From contig JBGTLG010000015.1 of NCBI GenBank assembly GCA_041744215.1, positions 96,001 through 160,000 of the forward strand: 64,000 nucleotides of DNA. Direction: 5' to 3'. How positions within the stretch are numbered: the stretch's first letter is position 1; the number at the start of each line of letters is the position of its first letter. The notes under the pieces are model-generated. The model ran no database searches. It was not told the origin of the DNA and saw only the letters and a program-made list of their open reading frames with translations. Made by a program: the position numbers and the translations under genes. Positions 47,342 through 55,973 of the stretch are shown piece after piece. Origin of the DNA: Fimbriimonadales bacterium (GTDB taxonomy: Bacteria; Armatimonadota; Fimbriimonadia; Fimbriimonadales; ATM1).

Positions 47342-47375
47342 GGCCGCCCACCCGGCCAGAAAAAAGCAAATTTGT

Positions 47376-49973
47376 ATGAAAAAACCCACTGGGAAGTATC
47401 TCGTTATTGTCGAGTCGCCGGCCAAGGCGAAAACGATTAGTCGGTTCCTCGGAGGCGAGTACGTCGTCGAGGCCAGCTACGGACATGTCCGCGACCTCCC
47501 TCAGAGCGCCAAGGACATCCCGGCGAAGTATAAGAAGAAAGAGTGGTCTCGTCTCGGTGTGGACGTTGATAACGGCTTCGAACCGATTTACGTCGTTCCG
47601 AAAGACAAAGAGAAGCATATCAAGCGACTCAAGTCAGCAATCGACGGCGCGACGGCTTTGTTCCTTGCTACAGACGAGGACCGCGAGGGAGAGAGTATCG
47701 GCTGGCACGTGCTTAGCGTCTTGAAGCCACCGAAGTCGCTACCGATTCACCGCATCGTCTTCCACGAGGTGACAAAGGAGGCTGTAGAGTCCGCTCTCGC
47801 TTCGCCGAGGGCGGTCAACGACGCTCTAGTCAAAGCTCAAGAGGCCAGGCGGGTACTCGACCGTTTGTACGGCTACAGTCTCTCAGAGCTTCTCTGGAAG
47901 CGAGTGGCGAAAGGATTGAGCGCTGGCCGAGTGCAGAGCGTCGCCGTTCGCCTGTGCGTGGAGCGGGAACGCGACCGCATTGCCTTCGTCAGGAGCACCT
48001 ACTGGGATCTCGAACCGGACTTAAAGGCGTTGAAAGGACAGTTCACTGCAAAGCTGACTCGGATCGAAGGAAAGCGGGTCGCGGATAGCAAGAGCTTCGA
48101 TCCAGCGACGGGAAAGCTGAAGGACGGCGCCCGCGTTCTGCTAGACGGGCCGCGAGCTACCTCACTGAGAGATGCGATCACCAAACACGCAGCTTGGTCC
48201 ATCTCAGCGCTGGAATCGGTGCCCGAGTCGCGGAAACCGGGCCCGCCCTTCACCACCTCGACTCTCCAGCAAGAGGCCAACCGGAAGCTGAAGTTTCCTT
48301 CAAAACATACGATGCAGCTCGCGCAGCAGTTGTACGAAGGCGTGGACCTCGGCGGAGAGCGGGTTGGACTGATTACCTATATGCGAACCGACAGCGTGTC
48401 GCTTGCCGCCCGCGCGGTCACCGAGGCGCGCGAGGTCATTGCGGAAATGTATGGCCCGTCGTTCTTGCCAAAGTCGCCAGTCGTCTACAAAACAAAATCG
48501 AAGGGAGCGCAAGAGGCGCACGAAGCGATAAGGCCGACCGATGTCAGGCGGAAGCCGCAAGACGTCAAGAAGTTTTTGACAGCTGACCAGTTTAAGCTGT
48601 ATGAACTCATCTGGATGAAGATGGTTGCCTGTCAGATGGTAGCGGCACAGTTTGAGAGGACATCCGTGGAGGTCGATGCCAAGAGCGAGGAGGCGACTGC
48701 CACATTCTCGGCGAGCGGGCGGAGAATTGTGTTTCCGGGTTATCTCCGGGCGTACGTCGAGGGATCAGATGACCCGGATGCGGAGCTCGGTGACAAGGAG
48801 ACTCTGCTGCCTGAATTGTCGCTCGGTGAAACGGTGGAACCTTCGGAGATCCGCGTCGACAAGCACGAGACAAAGCCGCCGCTGAGATACACGGAAGCGA
48901 GCCTCGTTAAGCGCCTGGAAGAGGAAGGCATTGGGCGGCCAAGCACCTATGCGACGATCATTTCGACGATCCAGGACCGGGGATACGTGTTCAAGCGGGG
49001 TAACGAACTCATCCCAACATTCACAGCTTTCTGCGTCACCCAATTTCTCGAAGAGCACTTTGGTGACCTCGTTGACACCAAGTTCACGGCGCACATGGAG
49101 GCTGAGCTCGATTCCATCGCTGAAGGGCAAACGAAATCTGCAGAGCTACTCGGTCACTTCTACTTTGGTGACGGAAACGGCAAAGGGTTGGTCGCGAGAA
49201 TCAAGGACGTGACCGGAGGTTATCCGGCGGTGGCGGTGGGCAAAGACTTCTTGGTGAAGGTCGGTCGATTCGGACCCTACGTGCAGCGGGGCGAAGGCGG
49301 CAAGGACAACGTCGCGGGGTTGCCAGACAACCTGCCACCCGATGAACTTGACGAAGCGCGTGCGGCTGAGCTAATCGAGCGGAGAGCCGCGGGCGGCGAA
49401 GCGGTCGCGGTTGACGCGGATTCCGGCCGACAAATCAAGGTTCTGGAGGGGCGATATGGAGCCTACGTCGAGCTAACTCAAACCGAAGAGGAGAAGGCGG
49501 CGGGGGCCAAGCCGAAGCGCGTTAGCCTACCGAAGGGTATGGAACCGGCTGATGTCACCCCTCTTGTCGCTCAGGCGCTTGTCGCGCTGCCACGCAGCCT
49601 CGGGAACCATCCTGATGATGGAGGTGAGGTTTCGGCTGGCCTAGGGCGTTTCGGCCCTTACGTGAAGCATGGGACCGAATACCGCAGCCTCGATTCGTGG
49701 GAGCAGGCTTGCGAGATCGATCTCGACGGTGCGCTGGCGCTCCTTGCGGTACCCAAACCTGGCCGTGGAAAGGGCGCGGGAAAAAACTCTTACCCGGTTC
49801 TCCGGGAGTTTGGTGAACTGGAAGGCGCAAAAGGGCCGGTACGGATTCTCAAAGGTAGGTACGGTCCGTACGTCACCGACGGAAAGACAAATGCCTCGCT
49901 TCCGAAGGACAGCGACCCGTCCCAACTCACCCCGGAGCAGGCCCTGGAGTTGTTGTCAGCGAAGCGAAAGTAG
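47376..49973 (+). CDS. topA: DNA topoisomerase I with Topo_C repeats (no zinc ribbons)
   Basis: IVESPAKAKTI, ATDEDREGE, SAGRVQS, LITYMRTDS, QEAHEAIRP, GIGRPSTY. Four GR(F/Y)G(P/A)YV repeats. Confidence 0.97.
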   Translation: MKKPTGKYLVIVESPAKAKTISRFLGGEYVVEASYGHVRDLPQSAKDIPAKYKKKEWSRLGVDVDNGFEPIYVVPKDKEKHIKRLKSAIDGATALFLATDEDREGESIGWHVLSVLKPPKSLPIHRIVFHEVTKEAVESALASPRAVNDALVKAQEARRVLDRLYGYSLSELLWKRVAKGLSAGRVQSVAVRLCVERERDRIAFVRSTYWDLEPDLKALKGQFTAKLTRIEGKRVADSKSFDPATGKLKDGARVLLDGPRATSLRDAITKHAAWSISALESVPESRKPGPPFTTSTLQQEANRKLKFPSKHTMQLAQQLYEGVDLGGERVGLITYMRTDSVSLAARAVTEAREVIAEMYGPSFLPKSPVVYKTKSKGAQEAHEAIRPTDVRRKPQDVKKFLTADQFKLYELIWMKMVACQMVAAQFERTSVEVDAKSEEATATFSASGRRIVFPGYLRAYVEGSDDPDAELGDKETLLPELSLGETVEPSEIRVDKHETKPPLRYTEASLVKRLEEEGIGRPSTYATIISTIQDRGYVFKRGNELIPTFTAFCVTQFLEEHFGDLVDTKFTAHMEAELDSIAEGQTKSAELLGHFYFGDGNGKGLVARIKDVTGGYPAVAVGKDFLVKVGRFGPYVQRGEGGKDNVAGLPDNLPPDELDEARAAELIERRAAGGEAVAVDADSGRQIKVLEGRYGAYVELTQTEEEKAAGAKPKRVSLPKGMEPADVTPLVAQALVALPRSLGNHPDDGGEVSAGLGRFGPYVKHGTEYRSLDSWEQACEIDLDGALALLAVPKPGRGKGAGKNSYPVLREFGELEGAKGPVRILKGRYGPYVTDGKTNASLPKDSDPSQLTPEQALELLSAKRK

Positions 49974-49996
49974 CACTCCGGTAAAATTACACTCAC

Positions 49997-51301
49997 ATGC
50001 CCCACCGAGACCGCCAGCTCATTTCCGCGGTTCACCTCGCCACTAAGAAGCTATCAGCTACGACGAGCGTCGAGGAGACGCTCCGTGAAGTTTTGGAGAT
50101 TTGCGTCCAGGCGGTTGGGGCGTACGGAGGCACCATCTATATCCACGACCCGTCCGGTAGCGTTCTGGTGTTTCGTCACGTCCTGCCGGAGAGCGTTCGG
50201 GATTCTCTCCCTCCCGAGATCCCAGACACCTTTGGGATTGCCGGAGAGGTGTTCCAAACGGGCGTGCCCCAGATCGCCAGCGTGGAGGACCGAGGAGGCT
50301 CCTCCACCCCCTCCTCGGAGATCGAAGAAGCTACCGGGGTGCGAGTAACTTCGATGCTCACTGCCCCTCTTGCCGTCGCAGGTATGGACCCAATTGGCGT
50401 CGTTCAACTCCTTAACAAGGAAGGTGGCGAGTTTGAGGAGCGTGAGATCCAGATCATCGAAACCGTCTCGGCGGTGAGCGCGATGGCCTATTTGAACTCT
50501 GTGCTGACCGAGCAGTCGAATCGGGCGGCGAGTATGATCGGTATGGGTGCCGTAGGACATGACATCTACAACCTGGCCGCGGCGCTCAGGGGTGCTGCCC
50601 AGTTGATGGAGATGGCGGTTCAGCAGGTTGAGCAGGATCCCGAGGCAAGCGTCGAGGAGCTTAGGGAGTCGCTCCAAGACTTGATGTCCGGAGTTGAGAC
50701 GATCGTCGGGTACAGCGCGATCATCAATAAGCTCTCGAAGGGCGCAGCGATGACGCCGGAGAAGCGAGCAGGCGAGTTCAGCGAAGCCGTTCGCAAAGCG
50801 GCAGCCTACATTGAGGCAACCGCCAGAAGCGAGCACCAAATTGGCATTTGCTACCAGATTGAGCCTGACGGGCGCCAAAGTCTATTCGACAGTCATTACG
50901 TCAACAGAATCGTTCAAAACTTAGTCGGCAATGCGGTCAAGGCTACAGTTGAGTCGGTGGACTTAAGACAAGCACGCACTGTGCTGTACGAGGATGATCG
51001 CGGTCCAGTCTATGACGAGGTCATCATACGATACTCGCTGCGAGACGGCTGCCATGTTATCGAAGTCAAAGACAGTGGCATGGGAATGACCGAAGCTACA
51101 AAACGCAAGATTCTCGGGGGGACAGCAGGCAGCGGGTGGTCAAAGAGCGGGGGCACTGGCTGGGGTACCCGAACCGTCATCGAGCTAACCGCTGCGCATG
51201 GGGGCCGACTTGAAATCGAATCGACCCCGGGTGAGGGGAGCCTGTTTCGTGTCGTTCTTCCGCTGGAACCTGCATCGACCGAGGTAGCTGCACACGTATG
51301 A
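49997..51301 (+). CDS. Cytoplasmic GAF-domain sensor histidine kinase
   Basis: GAF (GIAG.V, SML.APL, IGVVQLLNK), H-box GHDIYN, N-box NLVGNAVKA, DSGMGM, GGTGWG, S.PGEGS.F.V.LP. Confidence 0.88.
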   Translation: MPHRDRQLISAVHLATKKLSATTSVEETLREVLEICVQAVGAYGGTIYIHDPSGSVLVFRHVLPESVRDSLPPEIPDTFGIAGEVFQTGVPQIASVEDRGGSSTPSSEIEEATGVRVTSMLTAPLAVAGMDPIGVVQLLNKEGGEFEEREIQIIETVSAVSAMAYLNSVLTEQSNRAASMIGMGAVGHDIYNLAAALRGAAQLMEMAVQQVEQDPEASVEELRESLQDLMSGVETIVGYSAIINKLSKGAAMTPEKRAGEFSEAVRKAAAYIEATARSEHQIGICYQIEPDGRQSLFDSHYVNRIVQNLVGNAVKATVESVDLRQARTVLYEDDRGPVYDEVIIRYSLRDGCHVIEVKDSGMGMTEATKRKILGGTAGSGWSKSGGTGWGTRTVIELTAAHGGRLEIESTPGEGSLFRVVLPLEPASTEVAAHV

Positions 51302-52287
51302 ACATCTGGATGGATGCAGGAAACTACCAGCCCTCCAGGCGAAATCGATGGAAACGCGCAATTGGCGCTTTCCTGTACACGCTCGTTTGTATCTTTGCGC
51401 TTGGCCTCGGCTCTCTCCAAGGGTTGCGCTATTCCAACCCGCTCTTAGCTGAAGGGTTCATGCGCAAGGTGGTTCCCAGCTTTAGCGCTGATCCGTTCGC
51501 GGGACGCGACGAGATCGTAATCCTCGCTCTTGGTACTGACAAAGACTACGATGAACACAACCGCGTCGTGAGTTCGTCTGCTCGCGCTGATTCGATTCAG
51601 TTAGTGCGCCTGGACTTCGCGAACAACGCGATCGGTATCTTCGGGATCCCGCGAGATACCTACGTCGAGATACGCGGCTATAGGCCCATGAAGATCAATG
51701 AACTTCACAAATTCGGCGGCGGCGAGGCTGTTGCGCAAGCAGTCTATGAACTGGTAGGCATTCGTCCGGACAAGATCGTCGAAGTGGACTTCGACTTTGT
51801 GCGTCAGGCTGTGAATACTGTCGCAGGAGTGGAAATCTACATCAACAAGAGAATGAAGTACACAGACAGGAGCGGTAATCTATTCATCGACTTCCATCCG
51901 GGTCGCACAACACTCACAGGAGACCAAGCGCTAGGCTTCATTCGATACAGGCAAGACAGCGAAGTCGACCGCGGCAGACGCCAGCAAGACTTCCTAATAG
52001 CATTCAAAAGGCGCGTCTCCAAGAGTCCAGAGTACATCCCCGAACTCTCGAAGCTGATCATGGATACTCTTGACGACTACTTGACAGAACAAGAAGTGTT
52101 TAGCATCGCTGACTTTGCGAGGAGTGTTCCAACCGCAAAAGTTCGACACGGTACGCTCCCGGTAAGAGAAGGCCCGATGTATCCGAAGTTCTACTATTAT
52201 CCAATCCGTGAAGAAGTCGCGCAAGCGCTTGTCAATGCCGGAATGCGCGCCGGCTCAGCGACTGCTGGGTCGGTGTCCGTTCGGTGA
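51298..52287 (+). CDS. LCP (LytR-CpsA-Psr) family glycopolymer transferase
   Basis: TM anchor. IL.LGTD, RADSI, IPRDTYV, KIN, L.G.QALGFIRYR, D..R..RQQ.F. Confidence 0.92.
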   Translation: MNIWMDAGNYQPSRRNRWKRAIGAFLYTLVCIFALGLGSLQGLRYSNPLLAEGFMRKVVPSFSADPFAGRDEIVILALGTDKDYDEHNRVVSSSARADSIQLVRLDFANNAIGIFGIPRDTYVEIRGYRPMKINELHKFGGGEAVAQAVYELVGIRPDKIVEVDFDFVRQAVNTVAGVEIYINKRMKYTDRSGNLFIDFHPGRTTLTGDQALGFIRYRQDSEVDRGRRQQDFLIAFKRRVSKSPEYIPELSKLIMDTLDDYLTEQEVFSIADFARSVPTAKVRHGTLPVREGPMYPKFYYYPIREEVAQALVNAGMRAGSATAGSVSVR

Positions 52288-53099
52288 TACTTTTCTTTGC
52301 AATTGACGAAGAAGATCGCGATATCGAAAGGCGGTCATCAGAGCACGTACAACTCGGTAAGTTCTTTCTGCGGGGGGCAATCGCGTTTGCAATTCTGTTG
52401 CTCATTTTCACACCTGTCTATTTGAACTGTCGCCAGCAAATGCTTCGTGTAGTGACCCAAGAGAACCTTCGGACGCTCTTCCAGGGTGTGTCGCTTTACG
52501 CGGACGCGAACAACGAAGGACTTCCGCCGCTCTACGAGCGAGCAGGGCCGGAAATGCCGGTCATAGATCGAAATGGCAACCCAATCATTTGGGCAACCCA
52601 CGTGATGGGGTACGTCGAGGCGTACCGGCTTCGCAATCCTAAGACCCCGCAGGATTCGCAAGTTCGCCTTACTGTCTCCACTACGTCATCGGGATCGTCG
52701 ACAACATATCTCGGGTATGGGATGGCGTCTTCTCTTGATACGACGCGACTATACGACATCACCAACAAAGACTCTGTACTCTTCGCAGAAACAACCTCCG
52801 GCGGTCGAAATGGCAGCCTGAACCCCTTGCCTCTTGCATTCGCATCGGATGGCTTCATGATCGGCTTCGACGATACCAACCTGCCAGGCGCAGGCCCAAC
52901 GAGAGACTCGCAGTTTGCAACACGGTTGGCATTTTCAAGCCGAGGAGGAACCAACTCGATCAGCGATATGGAACCGCTGCACGAAGATGGGACCCTGGCG
53001 ATTTCTGCTGACGGGCGCATCCTCTACCTAAAGCCATCCGATCAAATCGTCCAAAAGGCCGGTACACTACCTACTGGTCTATGGGCGCCTTTTCGGTAA
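52284..53099 (+). CDS. Pilin-like (DUF1559-type) protein with C-terminal H-X9-DG motif and no prepilin cleavage site
   Basis: TM ending IFTPVY, then NLRTLFQGVSLYADANNEGLP. C-terminal H-EDGTLAISA-DG. Confidence 0.65.
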   Translation: MILFFAIDEEDRDIERRSSEHVQLGKFFLRGAIAFAILLLIFTPVYLNCRQQMLRVVTQENLRTLFQGVSLYADANNEGLPPLYERAGPEMPVIDRNGNPIIWATHVMGYVEAYRLRNPKTPQDSQVRLTVSTTSSGSSTTYLGYGMASSLDTTRLYDITNKDSVLFAETTSGGRNGSLNPLPLAFASDGFMIGFDDTNLPGAGPTRDSQFATRLAFSSRGGTNSISDMEPLHEDGTLAISADGRILYLKPSDQIVQKAGTLPTGLWAPFR

Positions 53100-53119
53100 C
53101 TAACCAGGATCCGGGCTGG

Positions 53120-53800
53120 GTGAATGAGCTCGTGCGCGAGTATGCCGCGATCATAGGCGAAGATGTGCCTGCTGCCAACGGTCCAACAACGTTCGCCGTG
53201 GCCCGCGACGCGTGCCACGGCGCAGCAAAGCCGCCGCCACCTGAAAGGCTTGACATTCGAGAGTGCCGCATGGAGTGGCGATCCCATCGCATAGACGGCT
53301 CTGTCTCACCGGTCGGCCGAGTCGGTCAATTCGTTCCAGATTGCCCAGCAGACGAGACTCCACAGGTAGGCGCGCAGGTTAGACTCCGCCATGCAGACGG
53401 CGTCATGAAAGCGGTCGTTGTTGGGTATTGCGGGTCGGACGTGCTTTTGATGCGCGGGCCGACACAACGCGAACGCAGAGCCCACCAGCGCATTGGTGTC
53501 GCGGGCGTGGCCCTCGTTCGGTTCAACAGGTCCAATCAGGAAGCCAGAATAAGCGACCTGTCTGAGGGAGGGATTGGCCTCTCGTCGCCGATGGCCGTGG
53601 AGGTTGGGGGCTCGATCCACCTGTTGTTGCGCATCCACGGGAAGAAGGCGTTACCTCTTGAGTGCGACGGGATTGTAACTAGCTGCCGAGCCGTTGAGCG
53701 CGGACCACAAGGCGAACATCGCATCGGCGTAAAGTTCGTCGATCTATCGCCAAAGTTAGTTGACCGAATTCGATTGTTGCTACACGACGAGTGCTCGTAA
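53120..53800 (+). CDS. PilZ domain protein (YcgR-like layout)
   Basis: QRERRAHQR (RxxxR) and DLSEGG (DxSxxG), C-terminal GVKF. GTG 53120 is the probable start. Confidence 0.85.
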   Translation: MNELVREYAAIIGEDVPAANGPTTFAVARDACHGAAKPPPPERLDIRECRMEWRSHRIDGSVSPVGRVGQFVPDCPADETPQVGAQVRLRHADGVMKAVVVGYCGSDVLLMRGPTQRERRAHQRIGVAGVALVRFNRSNQEARISDLSEGGIGLSSPMAVEVGGSIHLLLRIHGKKALPLECDGIVTSCRAVERGPQGEHRIGVKFVDLSPKLVDRIRLLLHDECS

Positions 53801-53818
53801 ACTTCTCGCCGGACCGCC

Positions 53819-55063
53819 ATGGCTAACTTGAAACGCGAATCCAGTCTGGCTGCCATGCTCGGGTTTGGTGTCTGGGTTCTCCTGGGAACCTTAGCAGTGT
53901 CGGGAATCGCGCTTGCAACACAGTACGCCCCGATCGCTGGTGGTGCCCACGCATCGGTTGTAGCGATGCGCGACAGCCCGGTGCACTCCTTTCTCTGTGA
54001 CTACCACTACTATGGGAGTGGTGTAGCGATTGCTCTCGCAGCTGTTAACCTGGCGTTTCTGCTCTGGGCCGGGAGATATGGCCGCCCGGATCGATGGCTG
54101 TGGTGGGGAGCGCTCGGAGCCTTGATCATAACAATGCTGGCGCAAGTAACCGGCAACCTTCTTCCATTCTCGCAGCATGACGTCCGCACGGCGTTCGCGG
54201 AAGGAGGCATCGCTGCCCAAACCCCGCTTATCGGACCCACGCTTCGAGCGATTGCGATAGGCGGGGAGGCCGTCGGCCAAGAGACTGTGGATAGATGGTA
54301 CTTCGCACACCGCTTTGTCGCCCCACTCCTGCTGGTTCTTCTTGCATTCCCCGCTATTCGCTCGCTCCGCAGGGAGGGATTAAAGTCAAAGCTGTGGTGG
54401 GCGATTCTTGTTCCTGCGGCCATCGCTGCAGCAGGCGCGCTCATCGTTTCTGGGCCGCTCGGCAACGCAGCGCTGCCCTCAGACCTCGCAACGGGCGCAA
54501 CGAGGCCTATGTGGTACGTGCTGCCGATGCATGCACTACTTGACACCTTGGGCGGAATCAATCCAAGCATGGGCTGGATAGGGGCGATGCTGGTGCCGGG
54601 CCTAGCGGTTACCGGTCTGATGATGCTTCCGATCCTTGTTCGTAAGTCCGCAGAGGGCGCGGCGTTCGGACGAATCGCTGTACTATTTGGGTCCGTTCTG
54701 CTCATCTTGGCAATCATCACGTATGGAGACCGGGTTCAAGGGCCTTTCGCGGACGAACCAACATTTGATGCCCCGCGAGCAGCGCCAGAGCCCACCCAGA
54801 CACCGAACCTGCCGCTCGCAGAACAAGGCAAGTTGATCTATGACGCAAACAAGTGTTCTAGCTGTCATGCCATCGGTGGCGCTGGTTCTGCGACAGCAGG
54901 ACCGAACCTCGCGGGAGTCGGCAGTCGGAGGCCGAATGTTGAAGAACTTATGGATCTCGTTCGTGATCCCCAGGCGTTCGGAATCCAAACGATGCCGGCA
55001 TACTCGGCGCTCAGCCTGAGCGAGCTGCGTGCGTTAGCCGAGTATTTGAGTTCGCTGAAGTGA
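53819..55063 (+). CDS. Cytochrome b(6)-like plus subunit IV plus monoheme cytochrome c fusion, atypical
   Basis: SGIALATQY.P, A..SV, H63, TG.LLP, P.IG......GG..VG, H164, RPMWY, CSSCH, GPNL..VG, MP. Confidence 0.8.
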   Translation: MANLKRESSLAAMLGFGVWVLLGTLAVSGIALATQYAPIAGGAHASVVAMRDSPVHSFLCDYHYYGSGVAIALAAVNLAFLLWAGRYGRPDRWLWWGALGALIITMLAQVTGNLLPFSQHDVRTAFAEGGIAAQTPLIGPTLRAIAIGGEAVGQETVDRWYFAHRFVAPLLLVLLAFPAIRSLRREGLKSKLWWAILVPAAIAAAGALIVSGPLGNAALPSDLATGATRPMWYVLPMHALLDTLGGINPSMGWIGAMLVPGLAVTGLMMLPILVRKSAEGAAFGRIAVLFGSVLLILAIITYGDRVQGPFADEPTFDAPRAAPEPTQTPNLPLAEQGKLIYDANKCSSCHAIGGAGSATAGPNLAGVGSRRPNVEELMDLVRDPQAFGIQTMPAYSALSLSELRALAEYLSSLK

Positions 55064-55071
55064 GAGGGAGT

Positions 55072-55147
55072 TGGCGCGCTCGAGAGGACTCGAACCTCCG
55101 ACCTACAGGTCCGCAACCTGTTGCTCTATCCACTGAGCTACGAGCGC
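55072..55147 (-). tRNA. tRNA-Arg, anticodon GCG
   Basis: GCGCTCG-TA-GCTC-AGTGGATA-GAGC-A-ACAGG-TTGCGGA-CCTGT-AGGTC-GGAGG-TTCGAGT-CCTCT-CGAGCGC-G-CCA. Full 76-nt cloverleaf with A20, G37 and encoded CCA. Confidence 0.95.
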
Positions 55148-55209
55148 GCGGGGGCTCCTAGGATACCCGGGGCTAGCGTCGGCGGTATGCTTGAAGCACG
55201 ACGAGACCC

Positions 55210-55968
55210 ATGATTTCGAATTCGAACCCACGATCCTTCGCGGACCTAGTTGGATTTCCCGATTCACTGCGATCACCTACCTTAGGCGCGCACGACACCC
55301 ATGGAACTACGGTGCTTTGCCTTCGCTATAAGGACGGCATCTTGAACCTCGGCGATCGTCGGGCCACAGCGGCGAATTACATCATGTATGATCGCGCCAA
55401 GAAGATATTGCGACTGGACGATCACACGCTGGTTGCAATCTCGGGTTCATTCGCTCGCAGTACCGAGATTGCACGCTACTTGCGACATGCATTCAAATAC
55501 TATTCCCGGACGCAACTTCAGGACATGAGTGTTGAAGGCAAGTTGCAGGAAGTCAGCCGCGCCCTCGCCGGAAATCTAAGTATGTCGCTCGAAGGGATTG
55601 GCATCTTTCTCCCTATCGTTAGCGCGTACGATCCCGCGTCTGACTCGCTGGGCATTTACTTCTACGACGTAATGGGAGCGCGCTTCGAGAGCGGTCAATA
55701 CGGTTGCGCCGGCTCTGGCTCTCATCGGATACAGGGGGTCTTTGAGTACATACAGCGGCAGCAAGGAAACTTCGAGGAGCGAGAACTTGAAGAAGTGCTC
55801 TTGGATGGCCTGACTATGCTCGACATCGCTTCGGAGCTCGACTCTGCGACAGGGAATCTTTCGATGCCATTGCCTATCGCAAAGACTCTGACTAAGCACG
55901 GCATCGAGGACATCAACGAACAATTGCTTCGCGAATCCGTGTTGTCCGTTCAAAAGGGTAAGGGTTAG
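55210..55968 (+). CDS. prcB: 20S proteasome beta subunit
   Basis: 32-aa propeptide ending HG/TTV (catalytic Thr33), GDRRAT, K.I, E..L....K, YD..G, GSGS, D.ATG. Confidence 0.9.
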   Translation: MISNSNPRSFADLVGFPDSLRSPTLGAHDTHGTTVLCLRYKDGILNLGDRRATAANYIMYDRAKKILRLDDHTLVAISGSFARSTEIARYLRHAFKYYSRTQLQDMSVEGKLQEVSRALAGNLSMSLEGIGIFLPIVSAYDPASDSLGIYFYDVMGARFESGQYGCAGSGSHRIQGVFEYIQRQQGNFEERELEEVLLDGLTMLDIASELDSATGNLSMPLPIAKTLTKHGIEDINEQLLRESVLSVQKGKG

Positions 55969-55973
55969 AATCT

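Noticed and set aside
49250-49880. Repeated GR(F/Y)G(P/A)YV units in TopA as a novel repeat
   Set aside because: These are the known Topo_C repeats that replace zinc ribbons in many TopA proteins.
50054-50878. Long antisense ORFs (274 aa here; also 10289-11038, 18110-18856, 19815-20561, 26043-26753, 54010-54720)
   Set aside because: They lie opposite well-supported genes, lack motifs, and are expected shadow frames in GC-rich coding DNA.
55072-55147. tRNA as an integration site for an island carrying the proteasome or cytochrome genes
   Set aside because: No integrase, no duplicated tRNA 3' end seen, and no evident compositional shift on either side.
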